Source: an archaeon (GTDB lineage: Archaea; Nanobdellota; Nanobdellia; SCGC-AAA011-G17; GW2011-AR17). Taken from it: 64,000 bases of DNA. The position numbers and the translations under genes were made by a program. Shown one piece after another: positions 57,748-64,000 of the stretch; within the stretch, counting starts at the first letter, position 1; each line of letters starts with the position of its first letter. Under the pieces are notes generated by a model, which did no database searches, was not told where the DNA came from, and saw only the letters and a program-made list of their open reading frames with translations. The DNA lies in NCBI GenBank assembly GCA_018653605.1, contig JABHYY010000018.1, positions 29,324-93,323 of the forward strand, given 5' to 3'.

Positions 57748-57891
57748 AATATCATAATACAAACACGAGTAAAAGATAATCATATTTACTAACATTCATT
57801 TCGGTTTCGAGAGTTAGAGTGTAAAACGGTTGGGAGAGGGAGAATCGTTTTACCTAATAGGAATTTCTTTACTTGTAGGAGGAAAATAAAA

Positions 57892-59157
57892 ATGGGAAAA
57901 ATAAGTCCGGTATCTTCAAAATATATCGTTCACGCATCAATCCAAATTGAAGGTGTGGTTGACAGACCAGACATCATTGGAGCTGTATTTGGTCAAACAG
58001 AAGGTTTACTAGGTTCAGATTTAGAACTAAGAGAACTTCAAAGATCAGGTAGAGTTGGCAGGATTGAAGTAAATACAGACACAAAATCAGGCAAAACAGA
58101 AGGAGTAATAACAATACCTTCAAGTCTAGATAAAGCAGAAACAGCAATAGTTGCAGCTTCATTAGAAACAATTCAAAGAATTGGTCCTTGTAATGCAAAA
58201 GTTAAAATTGGAAAAATTGAAGATGTTAGAATTTCAAAAAGAACTTTCTTAATCAGTAGAGCAAAAGAATTATTAAAAAATCTTACAGAAGATGTTTTAC
58301 CAGATTCTCAAGAAATTACAGAAGAAGTAAACAAATCAGTAAGAATGATGAACATCACTGAATATGGAAGAGAAAGATTACCAGCAGGTCCAGCAGTTGA
58401 AGATGGAGAAGAAATAATCATTGTAGAAGGAAGAGCAGATGTTCTGAACTTACTAAAATGCGGATTCAAAAATGCAGTTGCTTTGAATGGTACATCAATG
58501 CCAACCTCAATCATAGAATTAACAAAACAAAAAACAGTAACTTTGTTTGTTGATGGTGACAGAGGTGGAGACTTGATTATCAAAGAAGTAACAGCTAGAG
58601 CAGAAATTGATTTTGTTGTAAAAGCACCAGATGGCAAAGAAGTTGAAGAGATAACTAAGAAAGAAATCCATAAAGCTCTAAGAGGAAAGGTTGCAGTAGA
58701 GCAAGCAAAAATGGAAATCAAAGATGCGCCAAGATCAAGACCAGCATTTCAGAAAAAGCCAGCTTACCAAAGAAGCGCCCCTGCAAGAGGTCCAGCCTCA
58801 AGAGGTCCTGCTTCAAGAGGTCCAGCACCAAGAGCACCGGTTAAAAAAGTAGTTTTAAAATTAAGCGAAAAACACCTTGCTAAATTTAAAGAATTATTGG
58901 ATGACTTGGTTGGTACAAGAGGAGCATTTATCTTAGATGCAAAAATGGAAATTTTAGGAAAGGTTCCAGCAACAGAATTACCAAGCACAGTAAGAAGTTT
59001 GAAAGACATCAATGCAGTTGTTTTTGATGGCACAATTACAAAAGACTTCCTATCACTTGCAGAGAGATCAGGTGTAAAGTGTGTTGTTGCAATGGATTCT
59101 AAAGTAAATCCAAAAGATGCAAACATAAGAATTTTAACTTCTTCTTATTTTAAGTAG
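57892..59157 (+). CDS. dnaG: archaeal DnaG (bacterial-type primase, exosome-associated)
   Basis: DIIGAVFGQTEGLLG, GRVGRI, IGPC, TOPRIM VEGRADV, FVDGDRGG; GGAGG SD. Confidence 0.93.
   Translation: MGKISPVSSKYIVHASIQIEGVVDRPDIIGAVFGQTEGLLGSDLELRELQRSGRVGRIEVNTDTKSGKTEGVITIPSSLDKAETAIVAASLETIQRIGPCNAKVKIGKIEDVRISKRTFLISRAKELLKNLTEDVLPDSQEITEEVNKSVRMMNITEYGRERLPAGPAVEDGEEIIIVEGRADVLNLLKCGFKNAVALNGTSMPTSIIELTKQKTVTLFVDGDRGGDLIIKEVTARAEIDFVVKAPDGKEVEEITKKEIHKALRGKVAVEQAKMEIKDAPRSRPAFQKKPAYQRSAPARGPASRGPASRGPAPRAPVKKVVLKLSEKHLAKFKELLDDLVGTRGAFILDAKMEILGKVPATELPSTVRSLKDINAVVFDGTITKDFLSLAERSGVKCVVAMDSKVNPKDANIRILTSSYFK
58784..58835 (+). repeat. 15-bp coding tandem repeat (RGPAS units) in the DnaG linker
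   Basis: CAAGAGGTCC at 58784, 58799 and 58814, with a partial copy at 58829. Confidence 0.75.
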
Positions 59158-59192
59158 AGCTTGCTCTGCTAACTTTTTTTATTTTTTTAATT

Positions 59193-59753
59193 TTAGAAAA
59201 CTTTTAGATAAGGTCCAAAAAGTTTAGTATAATTGTCTTTTTTAGGACTTTTAGAATATTTTTTTAACAAATGTAATAATTTTTTCTTTCCAAGTTTGTC
59301 TAACAATAGCTTAACAGCCAAATAGCTATGTTCATAGCTTTTCTTATGCCAGCCTTTTTCTGTGTATAACAAAAAGTCAGGATTTATTTTTTTAATCTTA
59401 ATATTCATTTCCTTTTGAATATTCGTAGCCAAACCCTCAGAAAGCCATAAAGGTTTGTAAGTTCCAACAAATTTTTGGTAGAAAAGATGATTCATCTCAT
59501 GAGTAACAGTATCTTGATAACTTTCTAATTTATGACAACCTAATTTCTCATAAACAGAAGGAGCAAAAATAATAAGTTTTTTATTCCAAGCAAAAGCAAC
59601 CATCCATTTCTGAGTTTTCCCTTCCCATTCTTTGTCCATATCCTTTCTAGTTAAAACAGACCTTACATTAAATTTAATATCAAAGTTCCAAAAAGCCTTA
59701 TTAATTTTATAGGCTTTTTTTACACATTTTTCTAAGAATTTATTATCATCCAT
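59193..59753 (-). CDS. gluzincin-type metallopeptidase domain protein
   Basis: HEMNH...PLWLSEGLA. Confidence 0.75.
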   Translation of the reverse strand: MDDNKFLEKCVKKAYKINKAFWNFDIKFNVRSVLTRKDMDKEWEGKTQKWMVAFAWNKKLIIFAPSVYEKLGCHKLESYQDTVTHEMNHLFYQKFVGTYKPLWLSEGLATNIQKEMNIKIKKINPDFLLYTEKGWHKKSYEHSYLAVKLLLDKLGKKKLLHLLKKYSKSPKKDNYTKLFGPYLKVF

Positions 59754-59806
59754 AAAAATAAATTGTTTTCAGATTTAATAAAGATTATGTTAAAACTAAT
59801 ACTTAA

Positions 59807-60115
59807 CTAACATAAAGATTCCAAATCAAATCCTCTTTCATCAAGATATCTTATAATTTTATGATGAGTTCCAAAAGACCCAATACCAGCATAAAGAATT
59901 ACAGCATTTTCAGTATCAGAAAAGTTAGCAGCAGTATGTCTGTCTCCATCAAGTTCATACGAAAGTTGAGCAAAATCTCCAAGACGAGCATTAACTTTAA
60001 GTCTCAATTCATACTCTGCACTTTCTTCATGAATTTCTGCTAACCTAAGAACTTCAACTGCTTCATCCAAAGTAATATCAACAAGTTTTCTTTCACCCAT
60101 AAAAGAAGAAACCAC
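59807..60115 (-). CDS. hypothetical protein
   Basis: about 100-aa ORF, probably starting at MGERK. Confidence 0.55.
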   Translation of the reverse strand: MVSSFMGERKLVDITLDEAVEVLRLAEIHEESAEYELRLKVNARLGDFAQLSYELDGDRHTAANFSDTENAVILYAGIGSFGTHHKIIRYLDERGFDLESLC

Positions 60116-60140
60116 ATTTACATTTATAAAAATTTATATT

Positions 60141-60411
60141 ATAGCAGGCATGTCAAGGATGAGTACCAAGCCAAGTAACCAGTTAACCCCAGAACTTCCT
60201 CAGCTCTGCGAACCCACAAGCGCCAGTGAAAGTGTTTAGGGCTGCTACATTCCTGTCCTGACCCGATTCACAAAACCACCAACCCAGTAGGACAAAGCTT
60301 CAACGTCCATTCTGAGACCAGCACCTAACAAGATACCGCTCCAAGACTTCAGTCCCTCATAAGTCGATTTAGGGTAACAGGTGACGACTAACCACCCACC
60401 TAGCCTGCCAC
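60141..60411 (-). ncRNA. ffs: archaeal SRP (7S) RNA
   Basis: minus strand starts GGCAGGCTAGG...CCTGTTACC Alu-like; helix 8 GGGTCAGG-ACA-GGAA-TGT-AGCAGCCC; 5' and 3' ends pair (GGCAGGC/GCCTGCT). Confidence 0.9.
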
Positions 60412-60470
60412 TAAAAAAGAGAAATCTCACACTTTTAAAGCTTTCTAAGCCCATAATAGCAAGCTAAAAA

Positions 60471-60728
60471 CTACTTTTTCTTCTTCTTATGCAGTTCTAA
60501 AGTGTAATACAAAGAAAGACAACTCAAAAACAGAACAATACTCTTCATAATAATATATACAGTATTTTTAATTTGTATAGAATAAATCAACATTAAAATA
60601 GAACCAATAATAAAAAATGTTGCAAATTTAACATCCAACCTACCTTTTTTATTCTTAATCAGATCAACAGCCTCAACAAGCCAAGCAATAATTAAAAAAA
60701 ACAATGCAGCATAACCAATCCATTCCAT
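60471..60728 (-). CDS. PQ-loop/SemiSWEET-like 3-TM protein
   Basis: MEWIGY..L..AW, three TM helices; likely ATG at 60728. Confidence 0.65.
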   Translation of the reverse strand: MEWIGYAALFFLIIAWLVEAVDLIKNKKGRLDVKFATFFIIGSILMLIYSIQIKNTVYIIMKSIVLFLSCLSLYYTLELHKKKKK

Positions 60729-60763
60729 ATAATAACTCAAGTATAGAAACTTAATAAATGTTA

Positions 60764-61675
60764 CTAAACCCTTATTTCCCAACCAGAATCAGAACTTACA
60801 AGAACAGAACCAATTCCTTGGCCAATGTAAAAAGAAGAATAAGCCATATAACCTTTTAATTTATCAAACAAAGTATCCTCTTCATTATACTCAGAAACAC
60901 CACCATTAGTAATTCCAGAAACCTCTTTAGCATAAGCAATTGCATAATCACTATCACCAAGCTCATCAATCAAACCTAACTCTTTAGCTTCTAAACCCAA
61001 GTAAAACAAACCAGTACTCAAATCAGAAACCTCTTCAAAAGTCATGTTTCGACCATTTGCAACTTCAGCAATAAAAAAACTATGAATAGTATCCAACCTC
61101 TCTTGAATAAGTGCTTCCTCTTCATCACTCATCTCTTTGTAAGGTGAACTAATATCTTTATGCTGTCCTGAAACCAACCTTTGATAACTAACATTATAAT
61201 CATCCAACAAACCAGAAAATTCAAGATAACTTCCTAAAACACCAATGCTACCAACAATACTAAGTTCATCAGCAATAATATAATCAGCTTGCGAAGCAAT
61301 CCAATAAGCACCAGAAGTTCCAGACTCAGTAATCACTGCAACAACAGGCTTTTCAACACTTCCAATTTTATCAGCAACTCTTTTTGAACCCATCACAGTA
61401 CCTCCAGGAGAATTAATTTCTAAAACAATTCCTTTGATTGAACTATCAGACTCAGCTTGTTCAATATTATTAACAATCTCTTCACCAGAAGTAGCACTCA
61501 TAAACAAACTTCCACCACCATTCAAAGTAATCATACCATTAACAGGAATCACAGCAACTTTATCACCAGCACCGATACTACCACTCACATCCACACCCAA
61601 AGCAAAGTTTGCAATAAAATAACTCAAACCCCACAAAAATGCTAAAAACAATAAAACTTTGAAAACTTTACTCAA
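60764..61675 (-). CDS. sppA: signal peptide peptidase SppA
   Basis: INSPGG, SGAYWIAS.AD, GSIGV, SGQHKD, GLIDELG. Confidence 0.92.
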   Translation of the reverse strand: MSKVFKVLLFLAFLWGLSYFIANFALGVDVSGSIGAGDKVAVIPVNGMITLNGGGSLFMSATSGEEIVNNIEQAESDSSIKGIVLEINSPGGTVMGSKRVADKIGSVEKPVVAVITESGTSGAYWIASQADYIIADELSIVGSIGVLGSYLEFSGLLDDYNVSYQRLVSGQHKDISSPYKEMSDEEEALIQERLDTIHSFFIAEVANGRNMTFEEVSDLSTGLFYLGLEAKELGLIDELGDSDYAIAYAKEVSGITNGGVSEYNEEDTLFDKLKGYMAYSSFYIGQGIGSVLVSSDSGWEIRV

Positions 61676-62112
61676 AACAATCCCCTCCTTTTCTTTGGCT
61701 CATTAATAACCTCAGTCCTAGACAACTTTTCAAAATACCTTTGATGCTTTTTTGTGTAAAACATATACAAAACATCCAAAATCAAAACCAAAGTTGACAA
61801 CTTAGTAACATTCCTAGTAATAGCTTGCCACAATGTAATATTACCTTTAACTCTGATCCTCAACAAAATCTTACCAACAGTCTGCTGAAACCTCCACTCT
61901 AAGAAAGACCAATAAAGTAAAGTCAAAATAGCAATCACAACACCAATAAAAATAACCTCAGATGAAAAATTTAATGTAAACAAATCTGCAAAACTCTCAA
62001 CATCAGCATCAAGAAATCCAGAAAATGGAGTAACCACAAGAAATGATACAACAAATATATCAATTATATACGCAACAGCCCTTTTCCATAAAGGAGCAAA
62101 CCTCTTTTTCAT
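61672..62112 (-). CDS. RDD family protein
   Basis: APLWKRAVAYIID, QTVGK, QR....S.T.V. Confidence 0.85.
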   Translation of the reverse strand: MKKRFAPLWKRAVAYIIDIFVVSFLVVTPFSGFLDADVESFADLFTLNFSSEVIFIGVVIAILTLLYWSFLEWRFQQTVGKILLRIRVKGNITLWQAITRNVTKLSTLVLILDVLYMFYTKKHQRYFEKLSRTEVINEPKKRRGLF

Positions 62113-62164
62113 ACTACCTTAGCAATCAACAACATATATAAACTTTTCTTTATTAATTAATTTC

Positions 62165-63808
62165 ATGTATAAAGAGTTAATAAAAAAGATAATAGAAGAT
62201 AAGTTAGAAACACAAGAACAAGTACTAAAACTTACAAGAGAGCTTGCAAGAAAGTACAGACCAAAAGTGTTTCCATCATTAATACAGATTCTTTCACATG
62301 CAAATAATACAGAGTTTCAAAAGTTAAAACACTTAGTAACAAAACCAACAAGAACAATCTCTGGTGTCACACCAGTTGCGATCATGACATCACCTGAACA
62401 ATGTCCACATGGAAAATGTATTACATGCCCAGGAGGACCAAAATCACACTTTGGTGATATTCCACAATCCTACACAGGTCACGAACCAGCAACAATGCGA
62501 GGAGTTAGAAACAACTATGACCCTTATTTACAAGTTTTCAACAGATTAGAACAATTCATACTACTAAACCAATCAGTAGAAAAAGTTGAACTAATCATAA
62601 TGGGAGGAACCTTTCCAGCAAGAAAAGAATCTTACCAAAATGAATTCATAATGTACGCATTCAAAGCAATGAATGACTTTTCAAAATATTTTTTTAGAAA
62701 AGGTAAACTAGACTTCAAAAAATTCAAAATATTTTTCGAACTTCCAACAGAAAGTTTAAACCCAGAAAGAACAAAAAAAATTCAAAAGAAAATCCTAAAA
62801 TTAAAAACCAAATCAACTCTAAAGAAAGAACAAAAAACAAATGAAACAACAAAAGTAAGGTGCATAGGTCTAACAATAGAAACAAGACCAGACTATGCAC
62901 AACTTGAACATGCAAACCTAATGCTTGAACAAGGTTGTACCAGAGTTGAGCTAGGAATACAAAGTACACAAGAATCAGTGCTAAAACAAATGAACAGAGG
63001 TCACACAATAAAGCAAACAATCAAATCAATGCAAACACTAAAAGACCTTGGTTTCAAAATAAATGCACACTTTATGTTAGGCTTACCAAAACAAAGTGAT
63101 AAAGACATTTACAAACTATTCACAAAACAAGAATTCAGGCCAGACATGTTAAAGATATACCCATGCATGGTAATGCCAGGAACAGAATTAGAAAAGTTAT
63201 ACAAAAAAGGTAAATACAAACCACTAACAACAAACAAAGTAATAAACATTCTAAAAGATTTCAAACCAAAAGTTCCAAACTATGTTAGAATCATGCGAAC
63301 ACAAAGAGACATTCCAACAAAAGTTTCAATTGCAGGTGTTGACAAAACAAACCTAAGACAACTACTCCATAACAAATTGAAAAAACCTTGCAACTGTATT
63401 AGGTGCAATGAAATAAAATCAGAAATAACAAACCCAGAACTTAAAATTAAAAAATACAAAGCATCAAACAGCACAGAGTACTTTATATATATACACCAAA
63501 AAAAAGAAATAATTGGTTTCTGCAGGCTTCGATTCCCAAAAGGCAAGCTTAGAAAAGAAATAACAAAAGATTCAGCAATAATAAGAGAGTTACATGTTTA
63601 TGGCAAAGCAACAGGAATAAAGAAAAAAGGAAAAGTTCAACACAAAGGTTTTGGTAAACAATTAATGGAAAAAGCAGAACAGATTTGCAAAAAAAATAAC
63701 AAAACTAAACTCTTAGTAATCTCAGGTATAGGTGTAAGAGAATATTACATTAAAAAATTAGGTTATAAAAAAGATGGGCCTTATGTTTCTAAAACCCTGA
63801 AGCACTAG
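62165..63808 (+). CDS. elp3: Elp3 tRNA uridine(34) acetyltransferase (radical SAM plus KAT)
   Basis: RTISGV, CPHGKCITCPGG, IETRPD, RVELGIQ, RELHVYG, QHKGFG, ISGIGVREYY. Confidence 0.93.
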   Translation: MYKELIKKIIEDKLETQEQVLKLTRELARKYRPKVFPSLIQILSHANNTEFQKLKHLVTKPTRTISGVTPVAIMTSPEQCPHGKCITCPGGPKSHFGDIPQSYTGHEPATMRGVRNNYDPYLQVFNRLEQFILLNQSVEKVELIIMGGTFPARKESYQNEFIMYAFKAMNDFSKYFFRKGKLDFKKFKIFFELPTESLNPERTKKIQKKILKLKTKSTLKKEQKTNETTKVRCIGLTIETRPDYAQLEHANLMLEQGCTRVELGIQSTQESVLKQMNRGHTIKQTIKSMQTLKDLGFKINAHFMLGLPKQSDKDIYKLFTKQEFRPDMLKIYPCMVMPGTELEKLYKKGKYKPLTTNKVINILKDFKPKVPNYVRIMRTQRDIPTKVSIAGVDKTNLRQLLHNKLKKPCNCIRCNEIKSEITNPELKIKKYKASNSTEYFIYIHQKKEIIGFCRLRFPKGKLRKEITKDSAIIRELHVYGKATGIKKKGKVQHKGFGKQLMEKAEQICKKNNKTKLLVISGIGVREYYIKKLGYKKDGPYVSKTLKH

Positions 63809-64000
63809 GATAAACATCTAAATCGCTTACAACCATAGCTAAACTCAAATATTCCAAATAAACTTCTTTATCTGATTCACCTTTTAATCCATCCACAATA
63901 CTAGAACTCCTTCCAAGTAATTCCCTAAAGTGATCATACCTATCATTAAAATCTTCATTCCCTTCTAAATGTTTTCTTAATCTAGCATTTTCAATAGTAA
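63789..64000 (-). CDS. 3' end of a hypothetical protein (runs in from the right edge)
   Basis: open frame ...ENARLRKHLEGNEDFNDRYDHF...YPSASGF with TAG at 63789-63791. Confidence 0.5.
   Translation of the reverse strand, partial: TIENARLRKHLEGNEDFNDRYDHFRELLGRSSSIVDGLKGESDKEVYLEYLSLAMVVSDLDVYPSASGF

Noticed and set aside
60245-60454. 69-aa minus-strand ORF
   Set aside because: Lies largely within the SRP RNA

Overview
AT-rich, gene-dense chromosomal segment of an archaeon, most likely DPANN (Woesearchaeota/Pacearchaeota-like). The evidence is archaeal-type asnS, proS, secD/secF, dnaG, Elp3, TrmI, a PINA ATPase, TrmB regulators, CCA-less tRNAs with bulge-helix-bulge introns, an archaeal SRP RNA, and the full AMP-salvage trio (AMP phosphorylase, ribose-1,5-bisphosphate isomerase, form III RuBisCO). 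Lineage-specific genes are interspersed among the core genes. The main candidate for a new system is a co-regulated four-gene cluster (53.1-57.1 kb) of apparent peptidoglycan-processing enzymes in an organism expected to lack peptidoglycan: GH3/NagZ-like hexosaminidase, YkuD L,D-transpeptidase, an alpha/beta hydrolase and a Tat-lipoprotein SleB-type cell-wall hydrolase. Other notable items are a RelA/SpoT-type synthetase, a histidine kinase/receiver pair, a panD plus adenylate-ligase pair, and single genes flanked by exact 19-bp direct repeats with no transposase. There is also a repeated TACT-N7-AGTA promoter motif, three TrmB-plus-ORFan modules, a D-loop tRNA intron and a structured dnaG leader. 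No CRISPR array, rRNA, integrase or transposase was seen. All calls come from motif recognition by eye; no searches were run.
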